Shown here piece by piece: positions 32,613-41,377 of a DNA stretch of 64,000 nt. Made by a program: the position numbers and the translations under genes. The stretch is from Acidimicrobiaceae bacterium (lineage in GTDB: Bacteria; Actinomycetota; Acidimicrobiia; Acidimicrobiales; Bog-793). The stretch lies in assembly GCA_003159795.1 (NCBI GenBank), contig PLPK01000011.1, positions 34,064-98,063 of the forward strand, in the 5' to 3' direction. The notes under the pieces are model-generated. The model did no database searches. It was not told the origin of the DNA and saw only the letters and a program-made list of their open reading frames with translations. Each line of letters opens with the position of its first letter. The first letter of the stretch is position 1.

Positions 32613-34213
32613 CTGCCCGCGCCCCCAGCGGGCGCGCCGGCCAGTGGCCGCCGCGGGAACAGCGGCGCCGCCTTTTCGACGGGTCGGCCCCCGGGGTACC
32701 CGCCCCAACCAAGGGCCCCGCCACTCGCCGAGGCGACGCCAGGCGCGGCGGCCTCACCGTCGAGGCCGAGCCGGCGCCAGATCACCTGCGAGGCAGCCGG
32801 GATCGCCGGCGAGGCGAGGATCGCGACGATGCGGAGCACCTCGAGCGCGTCGCCGAGGATGCCGTCGACCTCGTCACCCGGGGGCAGCTTCCAGGGCTCG
32901 CGCTGCTCGAGCTCGACGTTCGCCTCGTGGATGAGCCGCCACGCCGCCTCGAGGGCCCCGTGCGGATCCGACCGGGACCAGGCCTCGCGTGCCGCCTCGA
33001 CGGTCGCCGCGGCGAGAAGCGCCAACCGGTTACCTTCCCCGCCCGCACGCGGGGCGGGTCCGACGCCGCCGCACTTCGAGCCGACGACGGCGGTCACCCG
33101 CTGCAGGAGATTCCCCAGGTTGTTGGCGAGGTCGGCGTTGTAGCGGCCGACGAGCCCCTCGTAGGTGATGTCGCCGTCGAGGCCGAGCACGACGTCCCGG
33201 AGCAGGTGATAGCGCAGGGCATCCACGCCGACGTCGGCACCGAGCGCGACCGGGTCGATCTGGTTCGCCCTCGACTTCGCCATCTTCTCGCCCCCGACGA
33301 GGAGCCAGCCGTGGGCGATGACCTGGTGCGGCGGATCGATGCCGGCCGCCATGCACATCGCCGGCCACCACACGCAGTGGAACCGCACGATCTCCTTCGC
33401 CATCAGGTGGTGCACCGCTGGCCACCACGTGGCGAAGCGCGCCTCGTCCTCGCCGTAGCCGATCGCCGTGACGTAGTTGACGAGCGCGTCGAACCAGACG
33501 TAGATGACGTGCGCGTCGTCCCAAGGCACCGGGATGCCCCAGTCGAATGCCGTCCTCGAGATCGAGATGTCCTCGAGCCCGCCCTTGATGATGCCGAGCG
33601 CCTCGTTGCGGCGCGATTCCGGGATGACCGCCTCCGGCGCCGACGCGTACCAGTCCAGCAGCCGCTGAGTGAAACGGGACAGCTCGAAGAAGTAGTTCTC
33701 CTCGGTCAGCCACTCGACGGGCTTCTCGTGGACCGGGCAGCACTCGCCCGGGGCGAGCTCCTCGGCGGCGTAGTACGCCTCGCAGGCGACGCAGTACCAA
33801 CCGGCGTAATCGCCCTTGTGGATGAACCCGTTGTCGTAGATCGCCTGAACGAAGCGCTGCACCGCCTTCGTGTGACGCGGCTCGGTCGTGCGGATGAAGT
33901 CGTCGTTCGAGATGTCGAGGCTCCGCCAGGCCCCCTCGAACTGACCGGCCATCCGGTCGACCCAGTCCTGCGGGTCCATTCCTTGCGACTCGGCGGCACG
34001 GGCGATCTTCAGGCCGTGCTCGTCGACGCCGGTGAGGAAGAACACATCGTCGCCGACGAGCCGGTGCCAGCGCGCGAGGGCGTCGGCGACGATCGTTGTG
34101 TAGGCGGTCCCGAGGTGGGGGGGGTCCGTGACGTAGTAGATGGGCGTCGTGACGAAGAACCGGCCGGGCACGTCGCCAGCGTACCGGCCGGGCGCGGGAC
34201 GGCCGGAAGACAA
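32609..34213 (-). CDS. metG: methionine--tRNA ligase
   Basis: FFVTTPIYYVTDPPHLGTAYT (HIGH-type), the KMSKS-type motif GGEKMAKSRAN, and the anticodon-binding C-terminal domain. Confidence 0.92.
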   Translation of the reverse strand: MSSGRPAPGRYAGDVPGRFFVTTPIYYVTDPPHLGTAYTTIVADALARWHRLVGDDVFFLTGVDEHGLKIARAAESQGMDPQDWVDRMAGQFEGAWRSLDISNDDFIRTTEPRHTKAVQRFVQAIYDNGFIHKGDYAGWYCVACEAYYAAEELAPGECCPVHEKPVEWLTEENYFFELSRFTQRLLDWYASAPEAVIPESRRNEALGIIKGGLEDISISRTAFDWGIPVPWDDAHVIYVWFDALVNYVTAIGYGEDEARFATWWPAVHHLMAKEIVRFHCVWWPAMCMAAGIDPPHQVIAHGWLLVGGEKMAKSRANQIDPVALGADVGVDALRYHLLRDVVLGLDGDITYEGLVGRYNADLANNLGNLLQRVTAVVGSKCGGVGPAPRAGGEGNRLALLAAATVEAAREAWSRSDPHGALEAAWRLIHEANVELEQREPWKLPPGDEVDGILGDALEVLRIVAILASPAIPAASQVIWRRLGLDGEAAAPGVASASGGALGWGGYPGGRPVEKAAPLFPRRPLAGAPAGGAGR

Positions 34214-34231
34214 GGCTTCGGCCGCGAGGGT

Positions 34232-35116
34232 TCAGCCGCCCGTCTGCCCTGGCCCGGCGGCCCCGCGCAGCCCGAGTGCCGCCTCGTAGGCGACGCGGTG
34301 GGCGATGCCGAGCAGTTCCTCGACAGCGGTGGTCGCGTCGCGCAGGTCAATGCCGGCGGTGACGAGCCGGAGGATCGCCTCGCGGGCCTCGGCGGACGTC
34401 GGTCGTGAGCGAGCGGGCGCCCCGTCGACGACGAGGACGTGCTCGCCGCGCGGCTCCTTTTCGGCCGCTCTCTCGCACGCCTCGTCGACGCGGCCGCGCC
34501 ACACCTCCTCGTGGAGCTTGGTGAGCTCGCGCGCGACGACGACGCGCCGCTCGCCCCCGCAGGCGTCGCGGAGGTCCGCGAGCGTCTTGGCGACACGGTT
34601 CGGCGCCTCGAAGACGACCGAGGGACACGGCGCGGCGGCGACCTCCGCCAGGCGGCCGCGGCGCTCGGTCCCCTTGCGCGGCAGGAACCCCTCGAAACGG
34701 AAGCGGCTCACGTCGAGACCGCTCACGGCAAGGGCGACGAGCGCCGCCGACGGTCCCGGCACGACCGTGACATCGAATCCGGCCTCCACCACAGCGGCGA
34801 CGAGACGCCCGCCGGGGTCGGAGATGACGGGCGTCCCGGCGTCGGAGACGAGGGCGACCTGCGTCCCCGCGGCGATGAGATCGAGGACGGTGCCGACCTG
34901 TTCGACCTCGTTGTGGGCGTGCAGGGCAAGGAGCCGGTGCGCCCGCACGCCGGCATGCTCGAGCAGCCTCCCGGTATGGCGCGTGTCCTCGCAGCAGATG
35001 ACGCCGGCCGTCGCGAGTGCCTCGGTCGCGCGGGGGGACAGGTCCGCCAGGTTGCCGATCGGCGTCGCGACGACGACGAGCGCACCCGGTGGCTCCCGGC
35101 GCGCCGACGCCGTCAC
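34232..35116 (-). CDS. rsmI: 16S rRNA (cytidine1402-2'-O)-methyltransferase
   Basis: LVVVATPIGNLADLSPRATEALATAGVICCEDTRHTGRLL is the RsmI signature. I preferred the GTG at 35116 because it overlaps the stop of the upstream small ORF (GTGA). The ATG at 35155 is the alternative. Confidence 0.88.
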   Translation of the reverse strand: MTASARREPPGALVVVATPIGNLADLSPRATEALATAGVICCEDTRHTGRLLEHAGVRAHRLLALHAHNEVEQVGTVLDLIAAGTQVALVSDAGTPVISDPGGRLVAAVVEAGFDVTVVPGPSAALVALAVSGLDVSRFRFEGFLPRKGTERRGRLAEVAAAPCPSVVFEAPNRVAKTLADLRDACGGERRVVVARELTKLHEEVWRGRVDEACERAAEKEPRGEHVLVVDGAPARSRPTSAEAREAILRLVTAGIDLRDATTAVEELLGIAHRVAYEAALGLRGAAGPGQTGG

Positions 35117-35441
35117 GCTCGTGGCTCCAGGGTGTCCCCCACCACGAGCCGGCATCTCTCGAACGCCCCCGGCACGGCCTCGAGCACGGATCGGGTCCGC
35201 CAGCGGGGGCGGCCGTCCCGGTAGGCCCGGAGCCTCGCGATGCCGATCACCACCCGCGAGCGGTCGAAGGGGGCAAGGCCGATCCGGAACCGCACCCTCA
35301 AGGTGTGGACCCCCCGGCACGGCTCGATAAGAGGTCCCCGTCGAGCCCCTTGTGAGCGCGCAGGCCGATCCCGTGACGCACCGGTGACCGGGCGAGCTCG
35401 ACGCACGAGGGCACGTCATCCCGCCGCCACAGCCAGGCCAT
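35113..35441 (-). pseudogene. small ORF (~110 aa if repaired) interrupted by a 1-nt frameshift in a homopolymer, coupled to rsmI
   Basis: The ATG at 35441 lies 4 nt after GGGAGG and opens a 47-codon frame that stops at 35298. A second frame with equally high GC3 runs from the C6 run (G6 on the coding strand) at 35310-35315 to TGA 35113-35115, which overlaps the rsmI GTG. One extra G would fuse the two frames. I recognise no family. Confidence 0.4.
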
Positions 35442-35520
35442 CCCGACCTCCCACCATCCAGGTCCGCGCTGGTAAACGGTAGCCGGGCACCGGTCACCCT
35501 TCCGCCCTCCCGAGCGGCGG

Positions 35521-36597
35521 TCAGACGTTGAAACGGATCTCGAGCGTGTCTCCGTCCTGGACCTCGTAGTCCTTCCCCTCGAGGCGGATCTTCCCGGCCG
35601 CCTTCGCCGCCGACCACGAGCCGATCTCGAGGAGCTCGTCCCAGCGGATCACCTCGGCGCGGATGAATCCGCGCTGGAGGTCGGAGTGGATCACGCCGGC
35701 GCACTCGGGTGCCCGGGCGCCCTTGCGGAACGTCCAGGCCCGCGACTCCTTGTCCCCGGTCGTGAGGAAGGTCCAGCGCCCGATCGTGTCGAAGAGCGCC
35801 CGCGCGACCCGCGGCAACGCGCCCTCGCCCAGCCCCAGGCCGACGAGGAGCTCGGTCCGCTCCTCGGGCTCAAGCGCGCGGGCCTCCGCCTCCAGCTCGA
35901 CGCTCACGCCGAGCACCGTCGCGTGCACGCCGAGCTCGGCGGCGACCGGCGCGAGCACCTCCCCAGCCCCGGCGACCTCGTCCTCGCCGAGGTTGACGAC
36001 GCAGAAGAAGGGCTTGTTCGTGAGCAGGAACAGCGGCACGAGCGCGGCCTTCTGCTCGGCCGAGAGCGCCGAGCGGTACAGCGGCACGCCCGACGAGAGG
36101 ATGGCCTGTGCGGCCTCCATGGCGGGCAGCACGCCGGCGACGGCGGGGTTCGTCCGGGCCGCCTTCTGCTGCCTCACCAGCTGGCCCTCCAGCGAGGCGA
36201 GGTCGGCGAGGACGAGTTCCAGCTCGAGCACGCCGAGCGCGGCAAGGGGGTCGCTCTCGCCCGGCACCGCGTCGTCGGCGAAGCTGCGCAGGACGAAGCA
36301 GAGCGCGTCGACCTCGCGGATCCCTGCCAGGAACCGGTTCCCGAGACCCTCGCCGTGCTCGGCACCGGCGACCAACCCGGCGATGTCGACCACCTCGACC
36401 GTCGCCTCGACGACTTTGCGACTGGCGCTCATCGCGGCCAGCGCGGCGAGCCGCGAGTCGGCGACGTGGGCGACGCCTACCGCCGTCTCCGTCGTCGTGA
36501 ACGGGTGGGGTGCCACGGGCACGTTCGCACCGGTCAGGGCGTTGAAAAGCGACGACTTGCCGGAGTTCGGCAAACCGACGAGGCCGATGCGTTCCAC
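35521..36597 (-). CDS. ychF: redox-regulated ATPase YchF
   Basis: GLVGLPNSGKSSLFNALT (G1), a TGS-like C-terminus (FIRAEVIRWDELL) and an Obg-family layout. GTG start. Confidence 0.92.
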   Translation of the reverse strand: MERIGLVGLPNSGKSSLFNALTGANVPVAPHPFTTTETAVGVAHVADSRLAALAAMSASRKVVEATVEVVDIAGLVAGAEHGEGLGNRFLAGIREVDALCFVLRSFADDAVPGESDPLAALGVLELELVLADLASLEGQLVRQQKAARTNPAVAGVLPAMEAAQAILSSGVPLYRSALSAEQKAALVPLFLLTNKPFFCVVNLGEDEVAGAGEVLAPVAAELGVHATVLGVSVELEAEARALEPEERTELLVGLGLGEGALPRVARALFDTIGRWTFLTTGDKESRAWTFRKGARAPECAGVIHSDLQRGFIRAEVIRWDELLEIGSWSAAKAAGKIRLEGKDYEVQDGDTLEIRFNV

Positions 36598-36641
36598 AGA
36601 CGTCGAGGCTACTCGCGGGCCTCAGCTACACTGCCGGGGCC

Positions 36642-36725
36642 ATGTCAAAGAAGACGAACAAGCGGAAGCTGCGGAAGAGAAAGAAAGCGAATCACGGCAA
36701 GAAGCCGAACTGCGGTCACGGCTGA
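36642..36725 (+). CDS. candidate actinobacterial large-subunit micro-protein bL37 (27 aa; not in the ORF track)
   Basis: MSKKTNKRKLRKRKKANHGKKPNCGHG. The KANHGKKPN core matches my recollection of mycobacterial bL37 (...KANHGKRPN.). The ATG follows a TANNNT -10-like hexamer (TACACT, 36627-36632) by 9 nt, which suggests a leaderless or near-leaderless mRNA. Confidence 0.6.
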   Translation: MSKKTNKRKLRKRKKANHGKKPNCGHG

Positions 36726-37630
36726 CACCGCTCTGCCCGGTTCGTCTGCCCCTGACTCCTAGCTGATCCCCCCGGCGGGCGCCACGCGACACCGAGTCGG
36801 GTGAGCACCTCGACGAGCACGCTCGGGCGGTCGCTCATGATCCCGTCGACGCCGAGTCCACAGAGCCGCTCCATCTCCCCCGGCTCGTCGATCGTCCAGA
36901 CGTGCACCGCGAGGCCGAGCGCGTGCGCGGCCTCGACGAAGCGCGCACTGACGAGCTCGACGCCGAGGAAGCTCGGTGGAACCTGGATGGCGGCGTGCCT
37001 GCCGAGCGACGGGTCCGGTTGCTCACCACGCGCCACGGCCTGGACGAAGCCGACGATGGCGTTCTGACCGAGCGACGTCGCGACGTGTGGCGCGCACTGC
37101 GAGAACCGCTCGATCGCCGCATCAAGGAATGACGCCACGATGACGTCGTCTCGTCGGTGGTGCGCGGCGAGCGTTCGCGCCAGCGCCTCCTCGTAGGGCT
37201 CGACGGCGGGCGCCGTCTGCTTGATGTCGAGGTTCACGACGGTGCCGGCGGTCATCTCAAGCACGTCGTCGAGCGCCGCCACCGCGAACCGCCGGTCGGC
37301 GGGCGCCCTGCCGCGGAAGGCGTACTGCTCGGCGGGACGGCCGCGCACCGTGGCCTCGCCGGGAACGAACCAGTAGGCGTTGTCGAGGCGACTGATCTCC
37401 TCCCGCGTGGTCTTGGCGATCGCCCCCGAGCCGTTCGTCGTCCGGTCGAGCGTCGGATCGTGGCCGACGACGAGCTCGCCGTCGGCCGTGGCGTGGACGT
37501 CGAGCTCGATCCCCGTCGCCCCCAGGGAAAGGGCCCGCTCGATCGCCCAGAGCGTCGAGGACGGCCCCTCCTTCTCGCCAGCCTGGTGGGCGAAGGCGAG
37601 CACGCGCCGCTCGAGCCACGGGTTCGCCAC
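36716..37630 (-). CDS. glycerophosphodiester phosphodiesterase
   Basis: The GDPD motif region is present: FAHQAGEKEGPSSTLWAIERALSLGATGIELDVHATADGELVVGHDPTLDRTTNGSG. Its 3' end overlaps the bL37-like ORF by 10 nt (convergent). Confidence 0.85.
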   Translation of the reverse strand: MANPWLERRVLAFAHQAGEKEGPSSTLWAIERALSLGATGIELDVHATADGELVVGHDPTLDRTTNGSGAIAKTTREEISRLDNAYWFVPGEATVRGRPAEQYAFRGRAPADRRFAVAALDDVLEMTAGTVVNLDIKQTAPAVEPYEEALARTLAAHHRRDDVIVASFLDAAIERFSQCAPHVATSLGQNAIVGFVQAVARGEQPDPSLGRHAAIQVPPSFLGVELVSARFVEAAHALGLAVHVWTIDEPGEMERLCGLGVDGIMSDRPSVLVEVLTRLGVAWRPPGGSARSQGQTNRAERCQP

Positions 37631-37807
37631 GCCTGAGTTCTAGCCGGTGCGCCGTCTGGCGGTGCGGCCGGCATCCGCCTCGAACCATCCCGCGACGATC
37701 TGGGGCTCGACGCGCATCCGGCGCCGCACGCGATGCTGTCCTTCGTCGAGACTGGTCCGGCCGGACCGGAACGGGTCCGGGTTCAGGCACTCGGAACGGA
37801 GGACGCT

Positions 37808-38425
37808 GTGGCACTGCACGTCGTCGACCACCCGCTGGCACACTCGCTGCTCACCGCGCTGCGGGACAAATCGACGCCCCCGCCGCTTTTCCGCGTCCTT
37901 TCCAAGCGGCTCGCGCTCGTGATCTGCGTCGAGGCGACGCGATCGCTCGCCACGGAACGCGTCGAGGTCGAGACACCGATACGGGCGACGGCCGGGCAGC
38001 GCCTCGCCTCGACCTTCGTCGCCGTGCCCATCCTGCGCGCCGGACTGGGCATGCTCGAGGCGATCACCGAACTCATCCCCGAGGTCCTGGTCGGCTACAT
38101 CGGGCTCGAACGCGATCATGCGACCTTCGAGCCGTCGCTGTACTACTCCAAGCTCCCCCCGCTGCAGGGACGGACCGTGCTGCTGCTCGACCCGATGCTC
38201 GCGACCGGGGGCTCAGCGGCGGCGGCGGCCACGGCGCTCTTCGGGGCCGGGGCCGAGAGCGTGTCGCTGATCTCGGTCGTCTCCGCTCCCGAAGGGGTCC
38301 GCCACCTCGAGAGCGCGCACCCCTCCGTCGAGATCTACACCGCCGCCCTCGACGAGGGGCTGAACGACCACGCGTACATCGTCCCGGGCCTCGGCGACTT
38401 CGGCGACCGGCTCTTCGGCACGTAA
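37808..38425 (+). CDS. upp: uracil phosphoribosyltransferase
   Basis: HVVDHPLAHSLLTALRD and the PRPP loop LLLDPMLATGGSAAAA are present. I preferred the GTG at 37808, 5 nt after GGAGGA. The track ORF begins at 37733. Confidence 0.88.
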   Translation: MALHVVDHPLAHSLLTALRDKSTPPPLFRVLSKRLALVICVEATRSLATERVEVETPIRATAGQRLASTFVAVPILRAGLGMLEAITELIPEVLVGYIGLERDHATFEPSLYYSKLPPLQGRTVLLLDPMLATGGSAAAAATALFGAGAESVSLISVVSAPEGVRHLESAHPSVEIYTAALDEGLNDHAYIVPGLGDFGDRLFGT

Positions 38426-38822
38426 GGGAGGCAAGCTGACCGGCCGCGAGACGTGCCGGGCCAGCGGACGGGCCGGCGCGAAGGGGCACACTGGGGCCAC
38501 CGCCTTTCACGGCCCCGGCGCCCGACCGGTCTCCTGAAGGTTTCGGTCCCCGGCGGCCATGTAGTGGGTGATGAGCACCACCGCGGGTCGCCGATACCTG
38601 ATCCGCCCGACGTGTCGCAGCGCACCACCCGGTTCGAGGCGATCGACGACGCGCAGCACCGCGCGATCTCGGGCCACCTGCGCCGTCGGGTCGCCGGTGA
38701 CGACGCTGCCGACGTCCTCGCCGCACTCATCGGTGGCGCCACAGCCCGTCGCGGCCACCTCTGGAAATCCCGGCCCACACGATTCGCGAGACGGTAGCGT
38801 CGCGCGCCATGGAAGGGCCCCG

Positions 38823-39644
38823 ATGACGCTCGACCCGTACGACCTCGCCGAATGGGGGGCGGAGGTGCTCACCCACAGGCTCGGCCGGGAGCCGCACGTT
38901 GCCGCGGTGGTCCTCGGCTCGGGCTGGCAGCGCGCCGCCGATGAGCTCGGGACGACGAAAATCGAGATGCCGACCCAGGAGCTCCCGGCGTTCTCGCAAC
39001 CGACGGTCACCGGCCACAAGGGCCTGATCCGCTCGGTCGACATCGGCGGGCGACGCGTCCTCGTGCTGCTCGGCCGGGTCCACCTCTACGAGGGGCGCTC
39101 CGCCGCCGAGGTCGTCCACCCGGTGCGCGTCGCCGTGCTCGCCGGCTGCCCGGTCGTCGTCCTCACGAACGCAGCCGGCGGGATCGACCCCGCGATGAGC
39201 CCGCGCCAGACGGTGCTCATCCGTGACCAGATCAACCTGACCGGCACCTCGCCGCTCGCCGGGCCACCGCCGCCCCGCCAGTACGCCCCGCGCTTCGTCG
39301 ACTGCACGGGGCTGTACCCGGCGGAACTGCGTGACCTCGCCCGCGAGATCGACCCCTCGCTCACCGAGGGCGTCTACGCCGGCCTCGCCGGGCCCCAGTA
39401 CGAAACGCCTGCCGAGATCGCGATGCTCGCGCGTGCCGGAGCCCAGCTCGTCGGGATGTCGACGGCGCTCGAGGCGCTCGCGGCCAAGCACCTCGGCGCC
39501 AGGGTGCTCGGCGTCTCGCTCGTCACGAACCACGCCGCTGGCGTCGCCCACGGGCCGATCGACCACACCGAGGTGCTCGAGGCGGGCGCCGCCGCCACCC
39601 CGGGGCTCGCCCGCCTGATCGCCGGGTTCGTCGCACGGCTGTGA
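38823..39644 (+). CDS. punA: purine nucleoside phosphorylase (trimeric PunA type)
   Basis: VVLGSGWQ, PTVTGHKGLI, LLGRVHLYEG, VVLTNAAGGI and VGMSTALEAL are present. I used the ATG at 38823 behind GGAAGGG. The track ORF starts at 38568 with Ser/Thr/Arg-rich junk. Confidence 0.88.
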   Translation: MTLDPYDLAEWGAEVLTHRLGREPHVAAVVLGSGWQRAADELGTTKIEMPTQELPAFSQPTVTGHKGLIRSVDIGGRRVLVLLGRVHLYEGRSAAEVVHPVRVAVLAGCPVVVLTNAAGGIDPAMSPRQTVLIRDQINLTGTSPLAGPPPPRQYAPRFVDCTGLYPAELRDLAREIDPSLTEGVYAGLAGPQYETPAEIAMLARAGAQLVGMSTALEALAAKHLGARVLGVSLVTNHAAGVAHGPIDHTEVLEAGAAATPGLARLIAGFVARL

Positions 39645-41365
39645 CCGCCCCGACCGACGGCGGCGGAACGCCGCCGCCGATCCCTTCCCACCTCGCTGCC
39701 ACGGTCGGGGCCTGGATCGCCCGCGACCCCGATCCGGCGACGCGCGCCGAGCTCGAGGGGCTCCTCGCGGCGGGAGACGAGGCCGAGTTGCACGCCCGCT
39801 TCGACCACCCTCTCGGGTTCGGCACCGCCGGCCTGCGCGGCGAGCTCGGAGCCGGTCCCGGCCGGATGAACCGGGCTGTCGTGCGGCAAACGACGGCGGG
39901 GGTCGCCGCCTGGATCGCCCAGCGGGGTGACGCGGCCCGCGAGGCGGGCCTCGTCGTCGGCTACGACGCCCGCCACGGATCGGCCACGTTCGCCGCCGAC
40001 ACGGCCGCCGTCGCCGCGGGGGCCGGCGTGCGGACCTTCCTCCTCGGGCGGCCGCTCCCCACGCCGATCACCGCCTTCGCGGTGCGCCACCTCGGCGCGG
40101 CCGCCGGCGTCATGATCACCGCGAGCCACAACCCGGCAGCCGACAACGGCTACAAGGCCTACGCCGCCGACGGGGCGCAGGTCATCCCACCCGACGACCG
40201 GCAGATCGCCACGCTCGCCGCCGAACTCGGCCCGCCGGCGGAGACGCAACCGCCGCCCGGCGCGCGCGCCGGAGTCGAGAACCTCGACGACGCCGCGCTG
40301 CTCACGGCCTACACGGAGTCGGTGACCCGCGTCCTCGACCCTGACGGTCCCCGCGCGCTGCGCGCCGTGTACACCCCGCTTCACGGTGTCGGCGGGGCCG
40401 TCCTGCCGGACCTCCTCGTGGCCGCGGGCTTCGATCCCCCCGTGCCCGTCCGCGACCAGGCCGAACCCGATCCGGACTTCCCGACCGTCGCCTTCCCGAA
40501 TCCCGAGGAGCCCGGCGCCCTCGATCTCGCCCTCGCCGAGGCGCGCCAGGTCGCGGCCGACCTGGTGCTCGCGAACGATCCCGATGCCGACCGCCTGGCG
40601 GTCGCCTTCGCCGACGGGGCCGGGCGGTTCCGGATGCTCACCGGGGACGAGCTCGGCGCCCTCCTCGCCGACTACCTGCTGTCGCGGACCGGGGGGGGCG
40701 ACCGCCTCGTCGCGACGACGGTCGTCTCGTCGTCGCTGCTCTCCTCGCTCGCCGCCGAGGCGGGCGTCGACTACGCGGAGACGCTCACCGGCTTCAAGTG
40801 GATCGCCCGGGCGGCTGCCTCGCGGCCCGGTCGCCACCTCCTTATCGGCTACGAAGAGGCCCTCGGCTACGCCGTGACCGAGGCGGTCGCCGACAAGGAC
40901 GGGCTGTCGGCGGCCCTCGTCGCCGCCGAGCTCGCCGCGGTCGAGAAGGCGGCCGGCCGCACCCTCGGCGATCGCCTCGACGACGTGGCCTCGCGCCTCG
41001 GCGTCCACCTGACCGCGCAGCTCTCGCTGCGAGGACGGGACGAGGGGGCGATCGCCCGGTTCGCGGCGGTGATGGTGCGCCTGCGCCGCCGCCCGCCCGC
41101 CGAGCTCGCCGGCCTCGCCGTGACCGAGGTCGTCGACTACCTCGCGGGCGACCGTGGTCTCCCGCCGGCGGACATGCTCGCCTGGCACCTCGGACGGGCG
41201 GCCCGGGTCGTCGTCCGCCCGAGCGGGACCGAACCGAAGCTCAAGGCCTACCTCGAGGTCGTGACCGGGCCGCCCGGCCGGAGCGCGCTCGCCACGGCGC
41301 GAGACCGTGCCGGCAGGATGCTCGCCGAGTTGCGTCGGGCCGTCAGCGAGCTGCTGGCGGGTTAG
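39641..41365 (+). CDS. alpha-D-phosphohexomutase family protein (phosphopentomutase/phosphomannomutase-like)
   Basis: It has the active-site motif ITASHNPAADNGYKAY and a four-domain PGM/PMM layout. The GTG start overlaps the punA stop (GTGA). The salvage context favours a ribose-1-P/5-P mutase role (inference). Confidence 0.88.
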   Translation: MTAPTDGGGTPPPIPSHLAATVGAWIARDPDPATRAELEGLLAAGDEAELHARFDHPLGFGTAGLRGELGAGPGRMNRAVVRQTTAGVAAWIAQRGDAAREAGLVVGYDARHGSATFAADTAAVAAGAGVRTFLLGRPLPTPITAFAVRHLGAAAGVMITASHNPAADNGYKAYAADGAQVIPPDDRQIATLAAELGPPAETQPPPGARAGVENLDDAALLTAYTESVTRVLDPDGPRALRAVYTPLHGVGGAVLPDLLVAAGFDPPVPVRDQAEPDPDFPTVAFPNPEEPGALDLALAEARQVAADLVLANDPDADRLAVAFADGAGRFRMLTGDELGALLADYLLSRTGGGDRLVATTVVSSSLLSSLAAEAGVDYAETLTGFKWIARAAASRPGRHLLIGYEEALGYAVTEAVADKDGLSAALVAAELAAVEKAAGRTLGDRLDDVASRLGVHLTAQLSLRGRDEGAIARFAAVMVRLRRRPPAELAGLAVTEVVDYLAGDRGLPPADMLAWHLGRAARVVVRPSGTEPKLKAYLEVVTGPPGRSALATARDRAGRMLAELRRAVSELLAG

Positions 41366-41377
41366 CGCCGCCCGGGT

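Noticed and set aside
32417-34408. 663-aa plus-strand ORF
   Set aside because: It is antisense to metG, which has HIGH/KMSKS motifs. It has an Arg/Asp/Gly-rich shadow-frame composition.
38507-39043. 178-aa minus-strand ORF taken at full length
   Set aside because: Its N-terminal two thirds are antisense to the well-supported punA gene. Only the tail (38507 to about 38760) remains a candidate, and I kept that as a finding rather than a feature.
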